This document shows, one piece after another, positions 35,955-45,107 of a DNA stretch of 50,612 nucleotides. Position 1 is the stretch's first letter. Each line of letters begins with the position of its first letter. The notes below the pieces were generated by a model. The model saw only the letters and a program-made list of their open reading frames with translations, searched no databases and was not told where the DNA came from. Origin of the DNA: Gemmatimonadales bacterium (GTDB lineage Bacteria; Gemmatimonadota; Gemmatimonadetes; Gemmatimonadales; GWC2-71-9); contig JBOHSB010000025.1 in the NCBI GenBank assembly GCA_050733015.1, positions 1 to 50,612 on the forward strand, written 5' to 3'. The translations under genes and the position numbers were made by a program.

Positions 35955-36406
35955 GCTCCCTGCCGGCTGACCCCGAGCTCCGCGCGGCGGCCATCGTCCG
36001 CCACATGCTGGCCCATGACGTCTTCAGTCGGTGGCTGGGCGTGGAGATCGTCCACCTGGAACCGGCCCGAGTGACGCTTCGCATGGCCGTGCGCCAGGAT
36101 ATGACCAACGGATTCGGGGTGTGCCACGGCGGGGTCACGTTCGCCTTCGCCGACAGCGCGCTGGCCTTCGCCAGCAACACCGGGGGGAAGGTGACGGTCA
36201 GCATCGAGAACAGCATGACGTACCCGGCGGCCGTGCGGGTCGGCGACCTGCTGCTGGCCGAGGCGGAGCGGGAGGCGAGCAGCCAGCGGTTGGCATATTA
36301 CCGAGTACGAGTTACCAGGGGGGATGGCGCCGTGGTCGCACTCTTCCGCGGCACGGTGTTCCAGACCGACCGGGAGCACGACGTGGGGCGAGATGGGAGT
36401 GAGTGA
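35951..36406 (+). CDS. paaI: hydroxyphenylacetyl-CoA thioesterase (hot-dog fold)
   Basis: NGFGVCHGGVTFAFADSALAFA motif. GTGA overlap with the paaH stop. Confidence 0.85.
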   Translation: MSSLPADPELRAAAIVRHMLAHDVFSRWLGVEIVHLEPARVTLRMAVRQDMTNGFGVCHGGVTFAFADSALAFASNTGGKVTVSIENSMTYPAAVRVGDLLLAEAEREASSQRLAYYRVRVTRGDGAVVALFRGTVFQTDREHDVGRDGSE

Positions 36407-38498
36407 AGCGCGGGCGCCCGGCGCCGCCGGGGTCGACCCCACGATCGACTGGAAGCGGGTGTTCTACTTGAGCCTCGCCTCGCGGGCGCTGGATGACATC
36501 GAGGAGACCCGCCTCGTCCCCGAAGGGAAGGTGCTCTACCAGTTCTCGGCTCGCGGGCACGAGATGGCGCAGGTCATCCTGGGCAGCCTGGTGGACCGCC
36601 CGCACGATGCCGTGGGGGCCTACTACCGGTCGCGACCGATGCTCCTGACGCTCGGCCTCTCGCTGGAGGACGCGTTCGCGGCCCCCATGGGAAAGTCGGG
36701 CGGCTTCAGCAACGGCCGGGACATCGGCGTGGTGTGCAATCTGCCGAAGGCGGACGGCCCCATCGTGCTCCCGATGTCCGGGGACGTCGGCTCCCAGTAC
36801 ACGCCGGCGGTCGGGTGGGCCCAGGGCGTGACCTACCATCGTGAGGTTCTGGGCGACCGCGGCTACGACGGCTCGATCGCGGTGGTGCTGGGCGGCGAGG
36901 CCTCCGTCGCGACCAATGGCTTCTGGTCGGCGCTGACGATCGCCACCACTCTCAGTCTGCCGGTGCTCTTCTATATAGAGGACAACGGCTACGGCATCTC
37001 GGTGCCGTCCAGCTTCCAGACGCCGGACGGCGACATCGCGGCCAACCTCGCCTCGTTCCGAAAACTCCTGGTGCGGAACGGCGACGGCTCCGAGCCCACT
37101 GAGGCCGCTCGTCTGCTGGAGGAGACGGTGACCCACGTTCGGGCGGGCAAGGGCCCCGCCTTGCTCCGGCTCGCCGTGCCGCGGTTGAGCGGGCATTCGG
37201 CGCAGGACACCCAGGCGTACAAGAGCAAGGAGCGGCTGGCGCAGGAGCAGGCCAGCGATCCGCTGCCCAAGCTGTATCGGCTGCTTCGGAGCGGGGTGCT
37301 GTCGGAGTCGGACATCGCGGCGGTCGAGGCCCAGGCCAAGGCGGACGTGGACGCGGCGCTCGCAGCCGCGCTGGCGCGGCCTGAGCCCGAGCCGTCCGAC
37401 GTGACCAGGCACGTGTATGCCGCCACCCAGCCCGATGGTACCCCAGAGCTGCAACTGGTTGGCGGGCTCGCCCCGGCTGGACACCGATTCCCGCCGGGCA
37501 GCGAGGTGGCGGTGCCCGAGCCCACTCGCATCAACCTGCTCACCGCCATCCGGCGGACGCTGGAGCACGAGCTCGCGACCAACCCGAAGATGCTGCTCTT
37601 CGGAGAGGACGTGGGCCCCAAGGGTGGCGTGCACGCCGCCACGATGGGGCTGCAGGCGGCCTTCGGCGAACGGCGGGTGTTCGACACCAGCCTCTCGGAG
37701 GAGGGCATCATCGGTCGCGCGGTCGGCCTGGCGCTCTCCGGTCTCCTGCCGGTCGCGGAGATCCAGTTCCGCAAGTACGCCGACCCCGCCACCGAGCAGC
37801 TCAACAACTGCGGCACGATGCGGTGGCGAACGCACAACCGCTTCGCCGCCCCCATCGTGGTGCGGATGCCGGGCGGGTACGCGCCGAAATGCGGGGATCC
37901 ATGGCACAGCGTCTGTGGCGAAGTGCTCTGGGTGCACGCCACCGGATGGCAGGTCTGCATCCCGTCGAACGCGGAGGACGCCGTGGGTCTCCTGCGCGCG
38001 GCGCTCCGGAGCAACAACCCGACGATCTTCTTCGAGCACCGGGCGCTGCTCGATGGGGCATCGGCCCGGCGGCCCTACCCGGGGGACGACTTCGTGCTTC
38101 CCCTCGGCAAGGCCAGGGTCGTCCTCGACGGCGACCGGCTCACCGTGGTCACGTGGGGCGCCATGGTGGAACGATGCGAGCGCGCCGCGCGCGAGCTCGG
38201 GGAGTCGATCGAAGTGCTCGACCTCCGCACCGTGGCGCCGTGGGACCAGGCTGCGGTGCTCGCCTCGGTCCGGAAGACCCGGCGCTGCCTGATCGTCCAC
38301 GAAGACACGCTCACGGCCGGATTCGGCGCGGAGGTCGCCGCGGTGGTCGCGGAGCAGGCGTTCCTGAGCCTCGACGCGCCGATCTCCCGCCTCGCGATTC
38401 CGGATGTGCCGACGCCGTACAACCTCCGACTGATGGAGGCCGTCCTTCCCAGCGTCGAGGGGATCGCGGCCAAGATGCAGGAACTGCTCGAGTTCTAG
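36393..38498 (+). CDS. 2-oxoacid dehydrogenase E1 component, fused alpha/beta subunits (TPP-dependent)
   Basis: 701 aa. Alpha-like half: VVLGGEASVATNGFWSALTIATTLSLPVLFYIEDNGYGISVP. Beta-like half: RVFDTSLSEEGIIGRAVGLALSG...PWD. Its start overlaps the paaI stop by 14 nt. Confidence 0.9.
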   Translation: MGVSEARAPGAAGVDPTIDWKRVFYLSLASRALDDIEETRLVPEGKVLYQFSARGHEMAQVILGSLVDRPHDAVGAYYRSRPMLLTLGLSLEDAFAAPMGKSGGFSNGRDIGVVCNLPKADGPIVLPMSGDVGSQYTPAVGWAQGVTYHREVLGDRGYDGSIAVVLGGEASVATNGFWSALTIATTLSLPVLFYIEDNGYGISVPSSFQTPDGDIAANLASFRKLLVRNGDGSEPTEAARLLEETVTHVRAGKGPALLRLAVPRLSGHSAQDTQAYKSKERLAQEQASDPLPKLYRLLRSGVLSESDIAAVEAQAKADVDAALAAALARPEPEPSDVTRHVYAATQPDGTPELQLVGGLAPAGHRFPPGSEVAVPEPTRINLLTAIRRTLEHELATNPKMLLFGEDVGPKGGVHAATMGLQAAFGERRVFDTSLSEEGIIGRAVGLALSGLLPVAEIQFRKYADPATEQLNNCGTMRWRTHNRFAAPIVVRMPGGYAPKCGDPWHSVCGEVLWVHATGWQVCIPSNAEDAVGLLRAALRSNNPTIFFEHRALLDGASARRPYPGDDFVLPLGKARVVLDGDRLTVVTWGAMVERCERAARELGESIEVLDLRTVAPWDQAAVLASVRKTRRCLIVHEDTLTAGFGAEVAAVVAEQAFLSLDAPISRLAIPDVPTPYNLRLMEAVLPSVEGIAAKMQELLEF

Positions 38499-38559
38499 CA
38501 GCCCCGCTTCGGCCCCTTCGCTTCGCTCAGGGTGACAGCTAGGACGTAAGGAGACCTAA

Positions 38560-39738
38560 ATGGCAGAGTTGGTAGCGATCGCGGCGCCGGCCGAACAGGC
38601 AGAGGGGACCGAGATGGTCGTGGGGACGTGGCTCAAGAACGTGGGCGAGTCCGTTACCCGGAACGAGCCGCTGCTCGAGATCACCACCGACAAGGTGACG
38701 GTGGAGATCGCCGCACCCGCCACCGGCATCCTCCGTGAGATCCTCAAGTCGGCGGACCAGCCGATCCAGGCCGGTGAGGTGCTGGGCCGGATCGAGGTAG
38801 GCGCGGTCGAGGCGGGTGGGCGTGCGAAGGCAGACGGGGCAGCACCGGCGCGCGAGTCAACTGCGGCAGGCGCGCCCGGAGCAGTGGAGCTGACTGCCGC
38901 GGTTCGCCGGTTGCTCGCCGAGCATGGCCTCGAGGCGTCGGCCATCAGCGGCACCGGCCGGGGCGGGCGGATCACGGTGCAGGACGTGGAGGCGCACCTC
39001 GCCTCACGCGCGGGCACACCGACCAAGCCTGAGCACGGTGCCTACCCCAGCCGGAAGGTGCCGCACACCGGGATGCGCCGCAGCATCGCGCACCACATGG
39101 TCCAGAGCGTCGCGGTCGCGCCCCACGTCACCACGGTCTTCGAAGCCGACCTCTCCGCGATCGTCGCTCACCGTGAGGCCCACCGCGTCGCCCTGGAGGC
39201 GGACGGGGTCAAGCTCACCTACACCGCCTATTTCATCCGCGCGAGCGTCGCCGCGCTGCAGGCCGTGCCGGAGGTGAACAGCCGGTGGCACGACGACGCG
39301 CTGGAGCTGTTCGACGACTGCAACATCGGGGTCGCCACCGCGCTCCCGCAGGGTGGCCTCATCCTGCCCGTCATCCACCGCGCCCAGACGCTCGACCTGG
39401 GGGCCACCGCGGAGCGGCTGCAGGACCTGACCCAGCGCGCCCGAAGCGGAACGCTCGCCCCGAGCGACGTGCAATACGGCACCTTCTCCATCTCGAACCA
39501 CGGCGTGAGCGGCAGTCTCGTCGCGGCGCCGATCGTCATTCCGCAGCCACAGTCGGCGATTCTCGGCGTCGGCAAGCTGGAGCGGCGGGCGGTGGCACGG
39601 GAGCGGAGCGGGAAGGAGGTGGTGGAGGTGCGGCCGATGTGCTACGTGACGCTCACCATCGACCATCGCGTGCTCGACGGCTATCAGGCGAACGCGTTCC
39701 TGACCCGCTGGGTGGCGGAGATCGAGGGCTGGCGTTGA
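38560..39738 (+). CDS. dihydrolipoamide acyltransferase E2 (lipoyl + PSBD + catalytic domains)
   Basis: Lipoyl motif EITTDKVTVEIAAP. PSBD segment AVRRLLAEHGLEASAISGTGRGGRITVQDV. Catalytic DHRVLDG. AAGGAGA RBS. Confidence 0.93.
   Translation: MAELVAIAAPAEQAEGTEMVVGTWLKNVGESVTRNEPLLEITTDKVTVEIAAPATGILREILKSADQPIQAGEVLGRIEVGAVEAGGRAKADGAAPARESTAAGAPGAVELTAAVRRLLAEHGLEASAISGTGRGGRITVQDVEAHLASRAGTPTKPEHGAYPSRKVPHTGMRRSIAHHMVQSVAVAPHVTTVFEADLSAIVAHREAHRVALEADGVKLTYTAYFIRASVAALQAVPEVNSRWHDDALELFDDCNIGVATALPQGGLILPVIHRAQTLDLGATAERLQDLTQRARSGTLAPSDVQYGTFSISNHGVSGSLVAAPIVIPQPQSAILGVGKLERRAVARERSGKEVVEVRPMCYVTLTIDHRVLDGYQANAFLTRWVAEIEGWR
38598..38806. repeat. 209-bp direct repeat, copy 1 (E2 lipoyl-domain coding DNA)
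   Basis: Manual alignment with 44703-44911 gives 203/209 identical positions. Confidence 0.9.
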
Positions 39739-40194
39739 TGTAGATGCATGGTTTACCTGCCGTCGGCCCGGGCATCGAGTCCGAGCCCGGGACCCGACCC
39801 CGCGGTTGCGGAGCCCCCCTCCGCGAAGGCGCCGCTCACTGACGCCAACCGGAGCCACTCCCCCTCACCCATAGTCCCGGGCCCCACGCTCGGGGACCGT
39901 TCGCGTGGCCCGGTGTCCCGGAGGAGCGACGCCCATGTGGCCGCCACTGACGGAGGCACGCGTCCCCTCGAGGCCCGCGGTCGCGGCTCGGCGGGGCCGG
40001 GATCCCTCAGGCGTCTGGCGTGTGACGGGCGCGAGGAGGTGGAAACCCGTGGCCTTGCGGTTCCGGCTTGCGCCGGGGTTACGAAGATCGCGAAACGTGA
40101 GGTGAGGCGAGGCTACGGTATGGCAGTGGTCGCGCGGCGTCAAGGACCATTTGGCCCACGCTGAGGTATCGGTGGAGTGACGGCGGACGAGCGC

Positions 40195-40290
40195 GTGTCG
40201 CGTTCTGGCGAGTGTCGCAGCGAACAGGTCGCAAATCAGGCGATGCGTGTCGCAATTCGGGCGCGGCAACTGGCAGAACGGTGTGTCGTC
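40195..40290. repeat. cluster of five GTGTCGC-type direct repeats in a noncoding gap
   Basis: GTGTCGC at 40195, 40212 and 40247. Degenerate copies AGGTCGC at 40226 and GTGTCGT at 40283. Confidence 0.6.
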
Positions 40291-40299
40291 CTCTCCGAG

Positions 40300-42627
40300 T
40301 CAGCCGCCTGCAGCGCGCGAGGCTGTGTCGTCCCTTCCGTCCCCACGCCCGCTCCGTTCCCGCCCGGGCAGGCCTACCCGCCTTCGCAGGGCCTCAAATC
40401 GCGGATCCGAACGAACGGCGTCGTACGCCTGGTCGACATCGAGCAGGAGGGCGGAATAGCTGCGCTCCTCGACGGCCCTTTCGAACACCCGGAACGCGCT
40501 GTCCCACTCCCCCAACGTCGCGTAGGCCCCGCCAATGAAGTCACCGAAGTAGCCTCTCGGTCTCTCCTCACCCACGCGCTCGACGAGTTCTCGGAGAAGC
40601 CGCCGGGCTTCCTCTCGATTTCCCATCAAGGCGTGGTTCCATGGCAGGAGAAATGGTGTCGTACTCCCCGGCAGATCGGCAGCCTGGTTGAGCGCAGCCA
40701 AGGACTGGTCGTACTGCCCCAGCCGGATATAGTTGAGGGCAAGAGTCTCGTACGCGCCGGCAAAGTTCGGGTCCAGTTCCAGGGCGCGCAGGCTGGCGGC
40801 CACTCCTTCCTCAGGGCGCTTGGCGTATGACAGAATGTGGCCCGCGCGGGCATTGATCACAGGTGAGAGGGGCTCCAACTCGATGGCTCTCTGAGCCTCC
40901 TGTGCGGCCTCCTCATCTCGCCCAGTGGCAACCAGGAGCCACGCCAACCAATGGTGGGTAGGTGCCGCGTTGGGCTGGAGTTCCAACGCCCGCCGAAACT
41001 CCCGCTCCGCGGCGGCCCAGTCCCAATCGTAGGCGAACGCGACGTAGGCCGCTGACACGTGGGACTCGGCCAGCATGGGATTGATCTCGAGGGCCCGCGC
41101 GGCTGCGACGCGGGCCTTGGGGTACGCTTCGTGAGGAGAGAGCTGGCCATAGATGGCCAGCATGTGGTACGAGTCGGCCAGCCCCGTGTGGGCCAGGGCG
41201 AAGTCATGATCCCTCTCCAGCGCTTCCCCAAAGCACTCGACGCCCTTTCGCATGCCATCCGGGGTCCGCTTGTTCCAGAAGAATCGCCCCTTCAGGTAGA
41301 GCGTGTACGCCTCCACGTTGCTGGTCGGCGGCAGCACCAACGGGTCCGAGCTCATACCCACCAGCTTGGGCCGCAGCGTGCTCACGATCGATCGGGAGAG
41401 CTCGTCCTGCACCTCGAACACATCGGCCAAATGGCGGTCGTACGTCTCCGACCAGAGGTGATAGCCGTCGCTGACGCTGACGAGCTGTGCCGTGACCCGT
41501 AACCGGCTCCCCGCCCGGCGCACGCTTCCCTCGAGTACGGCGCCGACATTGAGGCGCTGGCCAATCTCTCGGACATCGACCTCCCTGCCTTTGTACGCGA
41601 AGGCGGACGTGCGGGAGGCCACCCGCAGACCCTCGACCCGGGTGAGCGCGTTGATCAGCTCCTCGGTCATGCCATCGCTGAAGAACTCGTTCTCCGGATC
41701 CGCGCTCATGTTCACGAAGGGCAGCACGGCCAGGGTCGCGAGTTTGCGGACAGGAGCCGTTGCCGCGGGTGTCGACCTCGTCTGATCCAGCCCCAGCTCC
41801 GTCGCCGTCAGACACTCAGCGAGATCGGCCGCGCGCTGGAAGCGGTCTTCCGGCCGCTGGGCCAAGGCTCGCGCCACCAGGTCTTCGACCGTGCCGGGTA
41901 CTTCGATCCGTGCGGAGTGGAGACTCGGCGCTGGGTCGATGAGCCGTTGGGCCAGGATCGCGAGGGGGGTGGTGCCGACGAAGGGCGGCTGACCAGCCAG
42001 AAGCTCGTAGAGCACGCAGCCAAGCGCGTACACATCACTCCGCCCGTCCAGAGGGGCATCATTCGCCTGCTCCGGACTCATGTACGCCGGCGTACCGAGC
42101 AGAATGCCGGTCTGGGTGAGGTTGGTGTCCGCTGCCGCGGTTACCGCCCGCGCGACCCCGAAGTCGGCCACGATCGCATGGCCGTCCTCGAGGAGGATGT
42201 TCTCCGGCTTGATGTCCCGGTGGATGATGCCCTGGCGGTGGGCATAATCGAGCGCGTCAGCCACCTCCCGAGCGAGGCCGAGCGCACGCTTGAGCGGCAC
42301 CCTTGCTTCGTTATTGAGAAGGTCGCGAAGTGAGCCGCCCTCGATGTAGGGGCCGACATAGTAGAGGAGCCCGTCGGCCTCGCCCGAATCGTAGAGCGGA
42401 AGGAGGTGAGGATGATGGAGCCGGGCGGCGACCCGGATCTCCCGAAGAAAGCGCTCGGCGCCGAGCACCTCGGTGAAACGCGGCTCGAGCACCTTGAGCG
42501 CCACGACCCGGTCGTGCCGGAGGTCGCGCCCGAGATAAACCACCGCCATACCACCGTGGCCGATCTCGCGCTCGATTGTATACCGACCCGAAAGAGCAGT
42601 CTGAAGGCGATCCAGCAGGTCGAGCAC
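40300..42627 (-). CDS. transmembrane Ser/Thr protein kinase with TolB-like and TPR sensor region
   Basis: Kinase motifs: GHGGMAVVY, VALKVL, HRDIKPENILL, DFGVA, GTPAYMSPEQ. Then LAVLPFVNMSADPENEFFSDGMTEEL and TPR repeats. Confidence 0.95.
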   Translation of the reverse strand: MLDLLDRLQTALSGRYTIEREIGHGGMAVVYLGRDLRHDRVVALKVLEPRFTEVLGAERFLREIRVAARLHHPHLLPLYDSGEADGLLYYVGPYIEGGSLRDLLNNEARVPLKRALGLAREVADALDYAHRQGIIHRDIKPENILLEDGHAIVADFGVARAVTAAADTNLTQTGILLGTPAYMSPEQANDAPLDGRSDVYALGCVLYELLAGQPPFVGTTPLAILAQRLIDPAPSLHSARIEVPGTVEDLVARALAQRPEDRFQRAADLAECLTATELGLDQTRSTPAATAPVRKLATLAVLPFVNMSADPENEFFSDGMTEELINALTRVEGLRVASRTSAFAYKGREVDVREIGQRLNVGAVLEGSVRRAGSRLRVTAQLVSVSDGYHLWSETYDRHLADVFEVQDELSRSIVSTLRPKLVGMSSDPLVLPPTSNVEAYTLYLKGRFFWNKRTPDGMRKGVECFGEALERDHDFALAHTGLADSYHMLAIYGQLSPHEAYPKARVAAARALEINPMLAESHVSAAYVAFAYDWDWAAAEREFRRALELQPNAAPTHHWLAWLLVATGRDEEAAQEAQRAIELEPLSPVINARAGHILSYAKRPEEGVAASLRALELDPNFAGAYETLALNYIRLGQYDQSLAALNQAADLPGSTTPFLLPWNHALMGNREEARRLLRELVERVGEERPRGYFGDFIGGAYATLGEWDSAFRVFERAVEERSYSALLLDVDQAYDAVRSDPRFEALRRRVGLPGRERSGRGDGRDDTASRAAGG

Positions 42628-42749
42628 GGAACTATCCCGAAAGGATGCAGCTACGATATCATCCCGTCCCGGCGGTAGCTAGACCGCTCCGATGGTCCCT
42701 CCCCCTCAGGATTTGCATCTGAAGCACGGACAGATTGTTCCCACGGCCG

Positions 42750-44501
42750 CTATGCCCGGATCGCCGCCGCCAGCACCGCCGGGACCTTCATCCAGCTGGC
42801 TTGCTCCTCCATCGCCGACATCCGCGGCATGAGCAGGTGGGCGCTCCGATGGCTCAGCGAGTAGGCCGGCTTCGGCGTCATCGTGAGCGGGTGACGCATC
42901 ACCGCCTTCTCGATGCCCTCCAGCATAGGAGTGTTGTGCACCCATCCCGCCCCGCTCTGGATGTCCGCGGAGGTGGAGGAGGGATGCGCTCCCCATGGTG
43001 GAGTACAGAAGGCGAACAACAGCCCTGACCAGGCGTTCACCGTCACGGCGCCATACCGAAGCCGCCCGATCGCCCGCTCGACCGCCGCGGCGGTGGTCTT
43101 GTCCTTCATAGTCTTGGGATGGACCACCAACCCGGCCGCGAGCGTGCCCCAGAGCCGGTCATTCGCGAAGGTCACCGCCCGCTCCAGAAACTCCACCGGA
43201 TCCGCGCTCCCCACGGAGGTCTCCACCAGGATGGGCGCGAACGATTCCTCGGTGAACAGCGGTTCGGCTTTGGCATCCGGCTCGATGTCCACGACGGTCC
43301 AGGGAAGCGTACCGGTCGCCTTCCCACCGATGTTCGCCCCTCGATGGTTCGCCGTGTACCGTTCCCACCGATCCCGAGCACCCGGGTAATAGGCCAACCG
43401 GTCGGCGGCCTTCTCAAAGGCTTGCCGAAGGCACTTGAGGAACTGCTCCCGAAGCGGCCAGCCCCGCGGCAGCACGACAACCTTATTGGCGTTGCAGTCG
43501 AACGAGGCGTTGAAGGTGAGTCCACTGACTACATCCTCGGCCTGGTACATCAGCTCCTTCTCGGTATAGGCGCCGGGCACGACCAGCACGGGCGCCACCC
43601 CGCCGAGCTCGGCGGTGACCGGCTTGTCGAGCAGGGGACGGTTCTCCCGCTTCCTGGTATCCCGCTCGGCGCCGGGTGGCCCCCACACGATCGCGTCGTA
43701 GGTCTTATCCGACCCGGTCATGTGGATCTCGTCCACGCCTGAGTTGTGGACCAAATACCCTCCCTCGTCCGCTCCGCCGTAGACGATCGCGAGGTAGCCG
43801 GCTTGAATCGCCTGCGCGTAGGCCCGCTCGAGGTAGGGACCGACAAAGGCGTTCACCGGGTTCAGCTTGAGAATGCACGCCTTGCCCTCGTTGAAGATCT
43901 TGGTGATGACATCCAGCGAGGGAATGCCGCTGATGTTTCCAGCACCCAGCACCGCCACCACCCGGCCATCATGCGACCGACCCTTGTAAAAGCGCGCCCG
44001 GGAGGCATGCAGGTCCTGCTCGGTGATGCCCGGTTGAAGGTGGACATCGATCCGCACGCCCTTGAAGAGAGTCCTGTCAATCGACCCGGCGGGAAACACC
44101 TGGGCGGTAAGCCGCCCGTCAGCGGTGCGGCCCACCGGCCCTATAGTCGAGTTGCCGGTGTGCTTGATCGAGAGCAACGCCTGCTGCACCAGTCTCAGGT
44201 GGCGGACCACGAACCAGGGCCCGAGGGTCCACTCTTCTCCCTCGAGCGGCGTACCGAGGGGAATGCCCTTGGCCGCGCAGGCCGCGTGAACGCTTTCCGT
44301 GGCAATCGCGAGATAGCCTGCCTGCATCGACCGGGCGAGCGCCACCCGGTCCTCGAGTGAGAGCCGAACCAGGCGGGCGGCGCCCTCACGCACCTTCGCT
44401 ACAGCTTCATCGAGCCTGGTCGCCGAGCTGGGAGGCGGCGTTGCCGGCTGGGCCGAGGGTGCGGCGGGAGCGGGTCTGGGGGGAGCGCTAACTGGTACCA
44501 T
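42750..44501 (-). CDS. atypical aldehyde dehydrogenase superfamily protein (583 aa)
   Basis: ELGGVAPVLVVPG (Glu motif) and FNASFDCNANK (Cys motif). GGAG lies 9 nt upstream of the ATG at 44501. Confidence 0.8.
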   Translation of the reverse strand: MVPVSAPPRPAPAAPSAQPATPPPSSATRLDEAVAKVREGAARLVRLSLEDRVALARSMQAGYLAIATESVHAACAAKGIPLGTPLEGEEWTLGPWFVVRHLRLVQQALLSIKHTGNSTIGPVGRTADGRLTAQVFPAGSIDRTLFKGVRIDVHLQPGITEQDLHASRARFYKGRSHDGRVVAVLGAGNISGIPSLDVITKIFNEGKACILKLNPVNAFVGPYLERAYAQAIQAGYLAIVYGGADEGGYLVHNSGVDEIHMTGSDKTYDAIVWGPPGAERDTRKRENRPLLDKPVTAELGGVAPVLVVPGAYTEKELMYQAEDVVSGLTFNASFDCNANKVVVLPRGWPLREQFLKCLRQAFEKAADRLAYYPGARDRWERYTANHRGANIGGKATGTLPWTVVDIEPDAKAEPLFTEESFAPILVETSVGSADPVEFLERAVTFANDRLWGTLAAGLVVHPKTMKDKTTAAAVERAIGRLRYGAVTVNAWSGLLFAFCTPPWGAHPSSTSADIQSGAGWVHNTPMLEGIEKAVMRHPLTMTPKPAYSLSHRSAHLLMPRMSAMEEQASWMKVPAVLAAAIRA

Positions 44502-44649
44502 GGTAGTTGCCTCCGTTGGGGCCAACCTGGGGCCCAGTACCACCGCCGTCAAGCCATCGCGGAGCGGCTGCTTGCAAGCGTCGCCCGCGGTACCTACACT
44601 AGGCCGGACCCGTCAGTCCTCCATCAGTAGCCGATCAGAGAGGCGTCAG

Positions 44650-45030
44650 ATGGCGCCGCTGCTCCGACTGAGACTCCTGGGCACCCCAACGATTGATGCG
44701 GCGGCAGAGGGGACCGAGATGGTCGTGGGGACGTGGCTCAAGAACGTGGGCGAGTCCGTCACCCGGAACGAGCCGCTGCTCGAGATCACTACCGACAAGG
44801 TGACGGTGGAGATCGCCGCACCCGCCACCGGCATCCTGCGTGAGATCCTCAAGCCGGCGGACCAGCCGATCCAGGCCGGTGAGGTGCTGGGCCGGATCGA
44901 GGTGGGTGCGGCTCCGGTAGCCGGGCCTGCTCCGGAGCGCCGGCCCGCCTCGACGGGCGAGCCCGCGGCTGCGGAGCTGACCCCCGCCGTCCGCGGCCTG
45001 CTCGCTCACCCCTGGTCGGAAATTTTCTAG
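44650..45030 (+). CDS. truncated E2 paralogue: lipoyl domain plus the start of a PSBD only (possible pseudogene)
   Basis: AEGTEMVVGTWLKNVGESVTRNEPLLEITTDKVTVEIAAPATGILREILKPADQPIQAGEVLGRIEVG is nearly identical to the 38560 gene. It stops after ELTPAVRGLLA. GAGAGG lies upstream of the ATG. Confidence 0.55.
   Translation: MAPLLRLRLLGTPTIDAAAEGTEMVVGTWLKNVGESVTRNEPLLEITTDKVTVEIAAPATGILREILKPADQPIQAGEVLGRIEVGAAPVAGPAPERRPASTGEPAAAELTPAVRGLLAHPWSEIF
44703..44911. repeat. 209-bp direct repeat, copy 2
   Basis: See copy 1. Six substitutions, one of them non-synonymous (Ser to Pro). Confidence 0.9.
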
Positions 45031-45107
45031 GCGTGGAGTCGGCGCCGATTCGCTTCGATCGCTCGGGCGCCTGGGGCTCAGCTGGAGGGACATGAGCGGA
45101 AAGAACC

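Noticed and set aside
36312-38300. 662-aa minus-strand ORF antisense to the E1 gene
   Set aside because: It is an antisense shadow of a clearly homologous TPP-enzyme gene.
39748-40269. ORFs 39748-40164 (+), 39865-40269 (-) and 40177-40830 (+) in or near the E2/kinase gap
   Set aside because: They are Pro/Arg/Ser-rich with no RBS and no motifs. The last one mostly runs antisense to the kinase gene. I treated the region as noncoding.
40195-40290. GTGTCGC repeat cluster as a CRISPR array
   Set aside because: The repeats are only 7 nt long with irregular 14-36 nt spacing, and there are no cas genes. It is not CRISPR-like.
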